A DNA stretch of 63,413 bases, filler included, from Chiloscyllium plagiosum (Eukaryota): NCBI RefSeq assembly GCF_004010195.1. It is 5 parts of one record of this genome, joined end to end, with 100 filler letters (N's around TTAATTAATTAA, not from the genome) between each part and the next. Parts side by side here need not be neighbours in the genome. Positions count along the whole stretch, not along the records: positions 1 to 29,398 come from NC_057716.1; positions 29,499 to 49,506 come from NC_057716.1; 3 more parts are not named here. One strand, 5' to 3'. The notes under the pieces are model-generated. The model did no database searches. It worked only from the letters and a program-made list of their open reading frames with translations, and was not told the origin of the DNA. The position numbers and the translations under genes are program-made. Shown piece after piece: positions 23,501 to 35,864 of this stretch (the first letter of the stretch is position 1; every line of letters begins with the position of its first letter).

Positions 23501-24258
23501 TCTTTTGCTATGTTGACTCTGCATACTGGCAACAACTACAATGGTTTACCAGCCTGGATCCTGAAGAAGATTTTAACCGTTTGGCCAAAGCTTGGCTTTG
23601 TTCTTGGGTTTTGCTTTGGGCTGAGCTAGAGTCCATCCGTTCATGATATGTCATGAATGAGGCTTTGAAATTGCCTTCACTCAAGTGGTGTTCCACCAAG
23701 CTCAGTTGGACTGGTGAGTGTGTCCACTTCCATTGGAATACTCTGCAACTCAGGTGCTCCAGTTGCCTCATGTGATGATACTGTGGCTTTAAGAGGTTGT
23801 TTTGTCCTGGTTTCTTTTAGAAAGAGATTGGAGGACAGGTATCGAGCAGTCTATGGGAAGATAATTTGTAGAGCCTTGGGTGTTTTTTTTAAACGGTAGA
23901 ACAATAGCAGTGGGCTGAATGGGCCCAGTCTTCAACGACAGGGTCGAACAAGTCAAGCTTCCCAAATGATGGCATGATGCCAGAAATGCTTACCCCAACT
24001 CAAAGACTTCAGTAGTGTACTTTTCTCTCATTGCAACTGAAATAACTTCACAGCGACTGGTATTCTATCACCAAGTCACTCTTTATTTATACATGAAAAG
24101 TCATTAACACTGATCCAGCTCCCTCAGAGCCAGCTCTCAGATTGAAGAGGATGTCTGATAGTCGGTTTTATCTGTCGACCAGGGGTCCCTGATTGGACCA
24201 GGTTAACAGCCCCAATCAGGGAACTAATATCCAATGAGGTGAATCTGACTGATATGCA
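20570..24258 (-). mobile_element. Gypsy LTR retrotransposon, degenerate (5' LTR, gag, PR, RT, RNase H, partial IN; no 3' LTR seen)
   Basis: LTR about 24038-24258 ending CA, then PBS-like TTGCAATGAG (decayed TGGCGACGAG); gag start MPSFGKLDLFDPVVEDW at 23975; PR MEVGTSAAVSVIS; RT WEAPIVPILKAD and YLDDI (about 22187-22201); RH CNVSLYCIGVVLAH; IN HSGISKMK..ARSYVCWP..CPQCQQ. Confidence 0.9.
22545..22889 (-). mobile_element. Short young CR1 3' end inserted in the Gypsy RT
   Basis: (ATAGAAC)3 tail and CR1 3' UTR; the Gypsy reading frame resumes on both sides. Confidence 0.85.
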
Positions 24259-24259
24259 A

Positions 24260-24745
24260 TCTGAGTGTGAATGGAAGATTGCGTATTAAAATAGTAAGTG
24301 ACCAGAAGGTCAGGGTCATACTTGTGGAATGAACAGAGGAATGAACATAGTGGTCGTCAAGTCTGTGTTTGGTCTCCCCAGAGATTGAATTATGAGCAGT
24401 GAATACTCTAGATTGAAAGAGGTCCAAATAAATTTCTGATTCTACTGGATGGTGTGCCTGGAGCTTTGAACTATAAGGAACAAGGAGGTAAAAGAACAAG
24501 TATTATAGCCCCTGTAAATGCATGGGGAGGTACTGTGGGAGAAGATGAGGAGTGAACCAGAGTGTCCAGAGGGACAGGGTCCCTTTGGAATGCTGACAGT
24601 GGAACAAGAAAGGAAGATGTGTTTGATGTCTCATGCTGGAGAAATCATAAAGAATGATCCTTTGAATATGAAGACTGCTACAGCAGAATGTGAGGACAAG
24701 GAGAATGTTCTCACATTCCACTGCAGCAGTCTTCATATTCAATGG
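24260..24745 (-). mobile_element. PLE GIY-YIG region (upstream half), ending in a 33-bp-arm hairpin
   Basis: GETKHRLDDH motif in ORF 24224-24499; inverted repeat 24662-24694 / 24710-24742. Confidence 0.65.
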
Positions 24746-25084
24746 AATGAAGTGCTGCACAGATTTATCAGAATGGTATGCAGACTCCAAAGGTAATAAT
24801 AAAAGAGGAGAAATTACACAAACTATGATTATATTTCCTGGAATTTAGAAGATTAAAGGGTATTTCCAATAATTTTTTCAAGATATAAGGGGAAATGATT
24901 GGTTAGATTGAGAGAAAATCATTCTCTTTAGGGATTGTGGGACAAGGGCAAAATCCAAAAAAAAAGGTTGGCTTATTATGAGAGTATTGAGGAAAATGCT
25001 TACACACCAACGATGATAAACATTAGTACAATCTTCTGCAAACAGCAATTGATACTAGGTCCATTGTTAATTTTAAATTTATTT

Positions 25085-27680
25085 ATAGAGTCAGAATCAC
25101 AGCATGGAAACAGACCCTTCGGTCCAGCTCATCCATGCCAACCAGATATCAGCCTTGCTGATCTTTAAGGTGCTCTATTCTCCCCCTAGTTACTCTTTTG
25201 TCCTAAATGCATTTGTAGGATCACTTTGGATTCTCCTTAACCCTATTTGCTAAACCTATCTCATGTCACCTTGTTGCTCTGCTGATTTCCCTCTTAAGGT
25301 AAAAACAATGACTGCAGATGCTGGAAATCAGTCTTGACTAGAATGGTGCTGGAAAAGCACAGCAGTTCAAACAGCATCTGCCCTGATGAAGGGCTTTTGC
25401 CCGAAACGTCGATTTTACTGCTCTTCAGATGCTGCCTGAACTGCTGTGCTTTTCCAGCACCATTCTAATCTAGACTCTGATTTCCCTCTTAAATATACTC
25501 CTACTGCCTTCATTCTCTTCTGGGGATTCACTCAATCTCTGCTGTCCATACCTGACATATGTTTCCTTCTTATTCTTTCAATTTCTCTAGTCATCCAGCA
25601 TTCCCTACACCGACCAGCCTTGCCCTTCACCCTAACAGGGACATACTGTCTTTGGACTCTCGTTATCTCATTTTTGAAGGCTTCCCATTTTCCAGCCATC
25701 CCTTTACCTGCAAACATCCACCCCGATCAACTTTTGAAAGTTCTTGCCTAATACCATCAAAATCAGCCTTTTTCCAATTTAGAACTTCAATTTAGATCTG
25801 GTCTATCTTTTCCATCACAATTTTAAAACGAATCAAATTAAGGTCACTGGCCCTAAAGTACTCCCCCACTGACACCTCAGCCACCTGCCCTGCCTTATTT
25901 CTCAACAGTAGGTCAAGTTTTGCACCATCTCTCATGGGTACATCCACATATTGAATGAGAAAATTTTCTTGTACACTTAACAAATTCCTCTCCATCCAAG
26001 CTCTTACGGTTATGGCAGTCTCAGTCAATGTTTGGAAGGTTAAAATTCCCTATCATAACCACACTATTATTCTTACAGATAACTGAGATCTCCTGATAAA
26101 TTTGTTTCTCAATTTCCTGCTGACTACTTGAGATCCTATAATACAATCCCAGTAAGGTGATCATCCCTTTCTTATTTCTCAGTTCCACACAAATAACTTG
26201 CCTGGATGTATTCCCAGGGATATCGTCCCTCAGTACAGTCATAATGTTGTCCTTCATCAAAAACGCCTCTTCCTCTCCTCTCTTGCCATCCATTTCTATC
26301 CTTCCTATAGTATCTGTACCCTGGAACAATAATCTGCTAGTCCTGTCCACATCTCTTTAATCGCTAAGATATCCCAGTCCCATGTTCTCAACCATGCCCT
26401 GAGTTCATCTGCCTTCCCTGTTACCACCTCTTGCATTGACATTAATGCAGTTTAATGTATCAGTCCTACCTCGTTCTCTGTTTTGTTCCTGCCTGTCCTG
26501 ACTGTTTGACTTGCCCCTTTTCCCAACTGGAACAGTCTCAGACTGATCTCTGTTCTCACTATCTCCCTGGGTCCCACCTCCCCTTACTAGTATAAATCCT
26601 CCCAAGCAGCCCTAGCATCTCCCTTTCAGTATATTAGTCCCCTTCCAATTCAGGTGCAATTCTTCCTCTTATACAAGTCACTTTTACCCCAGAAGGGTTT
26701 CCGATGATCCAAAAAAGTGAATCCTTCTCCCCTGCAAAAGCTCCTCAGCCACACATTCATCTGCTCTAAACTCCTATTCATACCCTCAATAGCTCGTGGC
26801 ACTGGGAGTAATCCAGATTTTACTACCCTCAAGGACTTCCTTTTTAAATTCTTGCCTAACTTCCTATATTCTATCCTGAGAATTTCATCCTTTTCTCGTC
26901 CTATGTCATTAGTTCCAAAGCGTACAATGACCTCCTGCTGGTCCATCTCCCCTTTGAGGATATTCTGCACCCTCTCCATGGTATCCTTGATCCTGGCACT
27001 GGAGAGGCAGCACACCATTTTTATATCTTGCTGTCGGCCGTAGAAGTATTTATCTGTGCTGAGAGTCTCCTAGCACAATCAATCGCTTGGAACCTGGCAT
27101 ACCTTTCATTACATTAGAGCCAGTCTTGGTATCAGAAACATGGCTGTTCGTGCTACCTTCCCCTGAGAGACTATCACACCCCCTACATTTTCCAAAACAG
27201 CATACTCATTTGAGATGGGGATAGTCGCAGGAGACTCCTGCACAATCTCCTTCCCTCTCCTACCTTTCCTGAGGATAGCCCATCTACCTGACTGTTACCT
27301 GACTGTATCTTCAGTTTTTCTCCGTTCCTGTCACTGCCATCCATCACACCCTAGCTTTGGTAAGTTCCTCATTGCCACTAACTGTTGTTCAAACCAAACC
27401 ATGCAATCCAATAGGGCTCATAACCAAACACACTTCCTGCAGACATAATCATCAGTAACAAGGAACCTCTCCCTAATCTCCCACATTCGAGAGGAAGAGT
27501 AAATCACTCTACTAAAAGTTATCTTTGCACCTTAACAATCTACAGACCCAGGAGATAGCACAGTCTTACTGCTCTAAAAACACGATTCCAGACTAACTTG
27601 ATACCTATATTTTTATATTTTTAAAGTTTAATCAAGAGACAGATCTCAATAAGACATATAATCAAAAAAGAGCCCACTCT
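25085..27680 (-). mobile_element. CR1 LINE with 5' UTR, ORF1 (SGNH esterase-like) and ORF2 N-terminus; internally deleted, 3' tail at 25085-25150
   Basis: MVCCLSSARIKD...FGTNDIGR...SGLLPVPRA (ORF1); VELRNKKG..LLGLYYR, GNFNLPNID (APE). Confidence 0.85.
25298..25476. mobile_element. Palindromic PLE-tail mini-insertion with hammerhead core (25383-25410) and 16-bp flanking direct repeat
   Basis: CTGATTTCCCTCTTAA at 25282-25297 and 25477-25492; arms are reverse complements; CTGATGA-A-GGGC-TTTT-GCCC-GAAAC-GTC. Confidence 0.85.
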
Positions 27681-29398
27681 CTGGTCACAGGCCTCCAGTC
27701 TGAAAAAACGACCCTCCACCACCACCCTCTGTCTTCTACCTTTGAGCCAGTTCTTTATCCAAATGGCTAGTTCTCCCAGTATTCCATGAGATCTAACCTT
27801 GCTAATCAGTCTCCCATGGGGAACCTTGTCAAACGCCTTACTGAAGTCCATATGGATCACATCTACTGCTCTGCCCTCATCAATCTTCTTTGTTACTTCT
27901 TCAAAAAACTCAATCAAGTTTGTGAGACATGATTTCCCACGCACAAAGCCATGTTGACTATCCCTAATCAGTCCTTGCCTTTCCAAATACATGCACATCC
28001 TGTCCCTCAGGATTCCCTCCAAGAACTTGCCCACCACCGAGGTCAGGCTCACCGGTCTATAGTTCCCTGGCTTGTCTTTACCGCCCTTCTTAAACAGTGG
28101 CACCACGTTTGCCAACCTCCAGTCTTCCGGCACCTCACCTGTGACTATCAATGATACAAATATCACAGCAAGAGGCCCAGCAATCACTTCTCCAGCTTAC
28201 CACAGAGTTCTCGGGTACACCTGATCAGGTCCTGGGGATTTATCCACCTTTAACCATTTCAAGACATCCAGCACTTCCTCCTCTGTAATCTGGACATTTT
28301 GCAAGATGTCACAATCTATTTCCCTACAGTCTATATCTTCCATATCCTTTTCCACTGTAAATACTAATGCAAAATATTCATTTAGTATCTCCCCCATTTT
28401 CTGTGGCTCCACACAAAGGCCGCCTTGCTGATCTTTGAGGGGCCCTATTCTCTCGCTAGTTACTCTTTTGTCCTTAATATATTTGTAAAAACCCTTTGGA
28501 TTCTCATTACTTCTATTTGCCAAAGCTATCTCATGTCCCCATTTTGCCCTCCTGATTTCCCTGTTAATTATACTCCTACTTCCTTTATACTCTTCTAAGG
28601 ATTCACTCGATCTATCCTGTCTATACCTGACATATGCTTCCTTCTTTTTCTTAACCAAACCCTCAATTTCTTTAGTCATTCAGCATTCCCTATACCTACC
28701 AGCCTTCCCTTTCACCCTGACAGGAATATACTTTCTCTGGATTCTTGTTATCTCATTTCTGAAGGCTTCACATTTTCCAGCCGTCCCTTTCCCTGCGAAC
28801 ATCTGCCTCCAATCAGCTTTTGAAAGTTCTTGCCTGATACCGTCAAAATTGGTCTTTCTCCAATTTAGAACTACAACTTTTAGATCTGGTCTATCCTTTT
28901 CCATCACTATTTTAAAACGAATAGAATTATGGTCGCTGGTCCCAAAGTGCTCGCCCACTGACACCTCAGTCACTTGCCCTGCCTTATTTCCCAAGAGTAG
29001 GTCAAGGTTTGCACCTTCTCCAGTAGGTACATCTACATACTGAAACAGAAAATTGTCTTGTACATACTTAAGAAATTCCTCTCCATCTAAACTTTTAACA
29101 CTATGGCAATCCCAGTCAATGCTTGGAAAGTTAAAATCCCCTACCATAACCACCCTATTATTCTTACAGATAGCTGAGATCTCCTTACAAGTTTGTTTCT
29201 CAATTTCCCTCTGACTATTAGGGGGTCTATAATACAATCCCAATTAGGTGATCATCCCTTTCTTATTTCTCAGTTCCACCAAATAACTTCCCTGGATGTA
29301 TTTCCGGGAATATCCTCCCTCAGCACAGCTGTAATGCTATCCCTAATCAAAAATGCCACTCCCCCTCCTCTCTTGCCCCCCTTTCTATCCTTCCTGTA
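27681..29398 (-). mobile_element. Young CR1 (HER1-type) ORF2, few disabling mutations, truncated within RT
   Basis: Consecutive long ORFs 28680-29243, 28197-28679 and 27621-28187 with GDFNF, DKSPGPD, NYRPVSLTSVVGK and MDFSKAFDKVPH. Confidence 0.95.
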
Positions 29399-29498
29399 NN
29401 NNNNNNNNNNNNNNNNNNNNNNNNNNNNNNNNNNNNNNNNNNTTAATTAATTAANNNNNNNNNNNNNNNNNNNNNNNNNNNNNNNNNNNNNNNNNNNN
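29399..29498. other. Artificial contig linker N44-TTAATTAATTAA-N44
   Basis: Identical 100-nt structure four times in the window; stops in all frames. Confidence 0.97.
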
Positions 29499-30020
29499 CG
29501 CACTTGGAATACTGCGTCCAGTTCTGGTCGCCCTATTATAGAAAAGATGTGGATGCTTTGGAAAGGGTTCAGAGGAGGTTTACCAGGATGCTGCCTGGAC
29601 TGGAGGGCTTATCTTATGAAGAGAGGTTGACTAAGCTCGGACTTTTTTCATTGGAGAAAAGGAGGAGGAGAGGGACCTAATTGAGGTATACCAGATAATG
29701 AGAGGCAAAGATAGAGTCGATAGCCAGAGACTATTTCCCAGGGCAGAAATGACTAACATGAGGGGTCATAGTTTATGCTGGTTGGAGGAAAGTATAGAGG
29801 GGATGTCAGAGGCGGGTTCTTTACACAGAGAGTTGTGAGAGCATGGAATGCGTTGCCAGCAGCAGTTGTGGAAGCAAGGTCATTGGGAACATTTAAGAGA
29901 CTACTGGACATGTATATGGTCACAGAAATTTGAGGGTGCATACATGAGGATCAGTGGTCAGCACAACATCGTGGGCTGAAGGGCCTGTTCTTTGCTGTAC
30001 TGTTCTACATTCTATGTTCT
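29499..30020 (+). mobile_element. CR1 3' end
   Basis: [16 protein letters not shown] motif; ends TTCTACATTCTATGTTCT. Confidence 0.9.
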
Positions 30021-30254
30021 CTAACCTTGGCAATCAAGAACTTATCTATCACTGTTTTAAATATACTTAATGACCTGGCCTCCACAGGTTCCATAGATTC
30101 ACCACTCTCTGGCTAAAAAGCTTTTCCTTATCTCCATTCTAAAAGGTGTTCCCGGCTGTGCCCTCAAGTCCTCATCTCTCCTGCCAATGGAAACATCTTA
30201 TCGACATCCACTCTGTCCAGGCTGTTCAGTATTCTGCAAGTTTAAATCAGATCC

Positions 30255-30525
30255 CCACCCAGACCCACTCCCCTACCCTAACCGTGTAACCCTGCATTTC
30301 CCATGGCTAATCCTCCTAGCCCACACATCCCTGGACATTATGGGCAATTTAGTATGGCCTATCCACCTAACCTGCACATCTTTGGACTATGGGAGGAAAC
30401 CGAGGACCCGGAGAAAGTCCACACCAATACGGGGAGAATGTGTGAACTCCATACAGACAGTTGTCCAAGGCTAGAACTGAATCTGAATGCCTGGAACTGA
30501 GGCAGCAGTGGTAACCACTGAGCCA
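30255..30525 (-). mobile_element. HE1-type V-SINE
   Basis: TGGCTCAGTGG A-box; V-domain CCAAAGATGTGCAGGTTAGGTGGAT..GCCATACTAAATTGCCC. Confidence 0.85.
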
Positions 30526-30544
30526 TTTTTTTTTTGTTATGTCA

Positions 30545-31740
30545 GGGCCCAAAACTGGTTTATGCATGAGGATGAGTTTTTTCAGAAGCTGTTTGGCACT
30601 CTTGACAGAATCACCTTTACCAGTTTTTCAATAAATCTGTTAGCATACTTTGATACAACACATTTGGTGTAACAACAGATGATATCTCTTTAGCTCTTGA
30701 TATAATGGTACTTCACAGTACCCTTTCAATAAATCAATCTTAATAATAAATGAGGCACCTCTAATCCAATTAGTACAATGTTTGATCTGAGGAACTAGGT
30801 ATGAATCTGTTTTCATTTCATTTTTGTATAGGGAAATGCAGAATCTAATCAATCCATTAGATTTAAGAACTAATACCATTGGAGGACTCCACAATTGATT
30901 TGACTAGCTCTAATCAAGTGATTGTTTGACACACACTGAATCCCTGTTTTAACCTCAGCTCGTTTCTTCTGGGCTTAAATGATAAGCATATCGTTTTATT
31001 GATACTAATACCCTTACATACAGATCACAACTGGCTCAGGTTGTATACTTTGATAAATCCCAAGATTTTCTCCAATTGCAAAAGCACCCTTATGGATCTT
31101 TCTGTTATCTTTCCTTTAAGTATGAGAATATTGTGTCTAAATGTCCCAGTTTCTCAGTGTATACTAGTTGGATAGCAGGAGGTTCATATTATGTATTGTC
31201 TGTATCGTTTCCACCTCACTCTGTCATTCTTCCTTTTTATTACCATCATTTGACAAATTTGCTTTATCTGATCTTTGACTCTATAATGCCATCTTTTTAA
31301 CATATTAATATGATACAATCAATTCTTCTTTCTGCCACGTAGAGTACTTTAGTCAATTCACTTTACTACACCTCTTAGTTTCTTGATTTTAATTTCTTTA
31401 TCTATCATTTTCAATTCTCAAGTTCTTTCCTATTCTTTCTCTGCTCATCAAAGCGATTCACATTTTCATGTACAAACTACAACAACTATAATTCAACTGT
31501 AGAGAATTCTGATGACTCACAGCTGAGAATAACCTCTCTTGTATTTCCACTAGTCTTAAATGTTGGCCTAGTATTCCAGTTACCTCTGCCATCTGGCTTT
31601 TGCAGGAAATTCTACCTTTAACTCTTTTGTTAGTTCTATTAGTGGAGCCATAGTTAAATTTTCGGAACCAGCCAGGTAAAAGTTCCGTATCTCTTAAAGA
31701 GTTTTAGCTACTTCAGATGCAATCTTTGTTTTATAATATG
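30545..31740 (-). mobile_element. Gypsy remnant, probably Gmr1-type (gag N-terminus, integrase C-terminal motif, then RT)
   Basis: RT WSPPMVLVLKSNGLIRFC...KTDSYLVPQI...KIDLLKGY.EVPL (ORF 30640-30894); LYHINMLKR at about 31290-31320 lies upstream of RT. Confidence 0.65.
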
Positions 31741-31889
31741 AGAAACCATGTGTTTGTCCATTTATCCTTTGTTGAATGCTACCACAACACATTCAATTTT
31801 CTGATATCCAAGTCCAAACGTCCCACACTGAGTACTCAAATTTTGTTCCGACTCTGATGGGAGGACAGTGCTAGAATTGTGAGCTATTG

Positions 31890-34200
31890 TGAGTTGATTC
31901 ATTGTTGAGCAGCTGCTTTGAGAAACATAAATTTCAAAACAAATTTAAGGAGAGGAAAAATTTATAAGACAAGACACAGCTGATTTGTAGGATCAAAGAA
32001 TTTCTACTTCCTAATAATTTTTCATTTTTAGTTAAGTGCACAAGAGTAAGACTAAATTAGTTAAAATTACACAAAGTAACTTAAAAGTAAAAGAGATATC
32101 ATGGCAGCTCAGCCAGGTGGAATGCCTATCCTTGAGGCTTGTGAACAGTCGTGTACTCTTTGCAAGACCTATGTGAGGTTGCACAATCTTCGTCTCCACG
32201 TCTCAGAGCCTGAGCAGCAGCTACAGTCACTAAAATATATCTTCCAGGAGGAAATCTATGTTTAAAGCACATTTGGAGAGGTAGACACACTGCATGTTAG
32301 AGGCAAGCAGGCAGACAGGGAAAGGGTAGCCATCACACAGTCCAAGACAAAATGGCAGGTAATGCAAGAAATCCTAGAGGCTATGTCTACCAACCAACTC
32401 TGTTCTGGATACCAGTGATGCTCTTGGATCCAAGGAGTGCAGCAAGAGCCAAGTCATGGTATGACAGATGGTCCAGGTGTAAAGGAGAGGAGATAGCATA
32501 GCAGAATGCCAGTACTGCTAAAGGGTTCTCTAGTTCAGGAATCAAGCAGACATTCTGCGGCTGTCCCTTACTCCAGAATGGTTTGTTATCTCCACAGTGT
32601 TAGTGTCAAGGATGTCAAAGATTAGCTACAAGACATTCTTCTAGGGAAGGGAAAATGGCTAGAACTTGTGGTCCACATTAATATGAATAACAAAGGTAGA
32701 GTTCTAGAGTCACAAAGCATGAAAATAGGCCCCTTGGCCCAAATCATCGATGCCGACCAGGTTTCCCACGCTGATTTTATAAACCTCTAAACAGTCAGCC
32801 CTCAGCTTGCTGTGCTACAGGGAAAAGAAACCCAGCTTAATCAGCTTCCCCTTATAACTTAAACCTTTCAGTCTTGGTATCATCCTTGTAAATGTTTTCT
32901 GTACCTTTTCCAGTTTAATAAAATCCTTCCTGTAGCAAGGCGACCAGAACTATACTCTAAACGTAGCCTTACCAATATCTTGTACAGCCATAACATCCCA
33001 ACCAGTGTACTTAACACTCTTACTGATGATGGCAAGCATACCAAACATTTTCTTCACCACTTTGTCTATCTGTGAAGTCACTTTCTAGGAACTAAAACCT
33101 ACACAACTCGATCTCACTGTTCAACAGGACTCGCCAGGGCCCTTCCATTAACTCTGTAAGTCCTGCCCTGCTTGTCTTACTAAAATGCAATACCTTGTAT
33201 TTATCTGAATTAAACCCTATCTGCCATTCATTGGCTAAAGACTCAGTTGATCAAGATTCCATTGTACTCTTAGATAACCTTCTTTGCTGTCCACTATACC
33301 AGCAATTTTGGCGTCATCCGCAGTTACTAACTATGCCTCCTATAGTCTCATCCAAATCATTTATATAAATGATGAACAGCAATCGATCCAACATCAATCC
33401 TTGCGGCACACTGCTGGTCACAGGCATTCAATCTGAAAAGCAATCCACTACTATCAACCTCTGTCTCCTATTGTCAAGCCTATTTTGTATCCAGTTGGCT
33501 AGCTTTCCTTGGATCCCATGTGACCTAACCTTACAAACCAGTCTACCATAAAGTTCCTTGTTGAAGGCAGAAAGGGGAAAGTGGTCCTGTAATTTAAATT
33601 TAATGAGCTAGGCAGAAAATTAGCAAGAATAATCTCTAAAGTGGTAATCTCTGGATTACTCCTGGTGCCATGCACAAACAGAAAGACAGATGAACGTGTG
33701 CTTGAAAAATGGCACAGGAGGGAGAGCTTTAGATGCCTGGGACAGTAGTACTGACTCTAGGGGAAATGACGTCCATACAAGTTGAATGGGTTGCATATGA
33801 ACAGAGCTGGAGAACATGCAGGATATTTTGCTCGTGTTAACTTAGCAGGGGCGTGGCAACCAGGAGAGAATATTAGGAAGCATAAAGTGAGCTAAATGCT
33901 GGAAGAGACAGATACCATTAAAATACAGAATAACAAGTAAATAGGTGGAGTTGGAACAATGGAGAAGGCAATTAAGGTTCAATCAAATATTGAATTTGTG
34001 GAGTATAGTTAACACAACTGAGGAGTTACAGGCACAGATCATCTTTTGAGGTTACGATAATATGTGGGGATTTTGTGATACAGTGGCAACATGGCTTAAG
34101 GAAAAGCAGACCTATATCTAAAACTGTCTTGGTTACAAGAAGTTCAGAAAAGATAGGGAAGGAACAAAAGGAGAAATCGTGACGTTTTTGTTAAGACCTA
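31890..34200 (+). mobile_element. Old CR1 5' UTR/ORF1/ORF2 start, interrupted by another CR1
   Basis: SRMVCYL.SVSVKDVK, LVVHI..NN and VVISGLLLVP ORF1 motifs. Confidence 0.7.
32700..33570 (-). mobile_element. CR1 3' part nested in the older CR1
   Basis: Reverse-complement RT region and AGAGTCAC..CATGAAAATAGGCCC tail. Confidence 0.8.
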
Positions 34201-34239
34201 GATCTTGAGAATGAAGTCAATCAAGTGACCACAAGATGC

Positions 34240-34920
34240 AATAGCATAAGTAGATCATTCAACCCACTGAGCCTCATTTTCTTGCTTTCTCCCTTTAACC
34301 CCCAATTCCTTTAAAGATTAAGTGTATTCAATGACTCAGCCTCTACAGCAGTAATAAATTCCATAGATTAACCTCCCTCAGAAGAGAAATTCCTCCTTTA
34401 ACCCCCAATTCCTTTAAAGATTAAGTGTATTCAATGACTCGGCCTCTACAGCAGTAATAAATTCCATAGATTAACCTCCCTCAGAAGAGAAATTCCTCCT
34501 CATCTCTGTCCTAATTGGATGACTACTTACTCTGGGATTATGCCCTGTTGTCCTCCTCTCTGCCACAAGGCCATAGAACCTCTCTGCATCTACTCTGTTA
34601 AGTCCCATAAGAAACTTGCATGTTTCAAGAACATCGCCTCTCATACTTCTAAATTCCAATGAGTACAAGCCCAAACTACAAAACCTCTTCTCATAAGACA
34701 CTCCCTCCACACACTGGATCAACCCACTGAACCTTCTCTGAACTGTCTCCAATGCTGGTATATCTTTCTTTAGATAAGGGGATCAAAACTATGATCAAAC
34801 TAGTTCCTTGTACAGTTTTCACAAGACCTCCCCTTTTTTTATTTTTTGAGTTTTTTTAAATGAAGGTCAGCATTCAATTTACCTTCCCTTTTACCTGCTG
34901 AATATGCATACTAGCCTTTT
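34240..34920 (-). mobile_element. CR1 3' part containing a 103-bp tandem duplication
   Basis: ETVQRRFSGLI...LGLYSLEFR motif; 34292-34394 repeated at 34395-34497 with one mismatch. Confidence 0.8.
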
Positions 34921-35166
34921 CTGACTTAGGAACATAGGAATTAGGAATGGCACTAGGCAATTCAGCCCTTTGAACATGCTCCACCATTTAGCATGATCAT
35001 GGCTGATCTTATCCTAATCTCAACTCCACTATCCTACCTACTCTCCATAGCCCTTTATCCAGCCTTTCATCAGAAACATATCTATTTCTTTCTTGAATCT
35101 GTTGATTTATTCTGCCTCGACTGCATTGTGCAGTGAATTCCACAGATTCATAATCTTCTGAGAGAA

Positions 35167-35680
35167 GGCCTGGTCTCTCAGCAGCTCTCAGCCTGGTATC
35201 TTGTTAGTATGTCGGCCAGTCTCTTGGCGTCTCAGTGCAGTGTCTTGGCTCGGTGTGCAAATGGATCCTGCCCAGGCATGTTCCTGAGGCACCTGGGGAG
35301 ATGGAGAGGCAGCAGTTTAAGAGCAGCAATGGTATCTGCAGCAGCGCCACTGAGAACAGACAGCCTGAGGTCTCCCGGAGAGCAGGTGCGTGGAGGATTC
35401 ATCAAAGACTGTTGAACTTTTCACTTATTCCTTTATTTTCCCAGTTTAAACTATGAATGACTTTAATGTTGCCTATTATCTTATTTCTTTTCTTTTTACT
35501 TATTCTATGAAGTAATGCTTAACTTTTTGACTCTCGTTTCTCTTACTAATGTGTACCTAGGTTTTTTTGTATCTAGGTACCTAAGGTGGTGTCATGTGTA
35601 GCGACATTGTACACGTTTCATTGTACTCCTGAGCTTCTGTACTTGAGTACACATAACAATAAAATATAAATCTAATCTAA
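35167..35680 (+). mobile_element. Non-autonomous element with Rex1/Babar-type 3' tail, inserted in a CR1 tail (34930-35860, minus)
   Basis: GC-rich body followed by TTTCATTGTACTC...ACATAACAATAAA(ATCTA)n; tail resembles 45400-45467 and the reverse complement of 37340-37380. Confidence 0.55.
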
Positions 35681-35864
35681 CCTAAGTAGTCTCTGGTCAT
35701 CTCAGTTTTGAACCTACCTCCTCTCACTTTATATCTATGAGCTCTTGTTTGAGACTGTCCCACAAGGTGGACCATCTCTTCAATGTCCACCTCATCAACC
35801 TCCTTTAGCATTTTATATATATCAATCAGATTCCTCCACATTTTTCTGAACTCCAGCAAATATT

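Noticed and set aside
27621..29398. Active autonomous CR1
   Set aside because: ORF2 has in-frame stops and a frameshift, and ends abruptly in RT at about 27681.
29443..29454. TTAATTAATTAA palindrome recurring four times
   Set aside because: Always centred in N44 padding: an assembly spacer, not biology.
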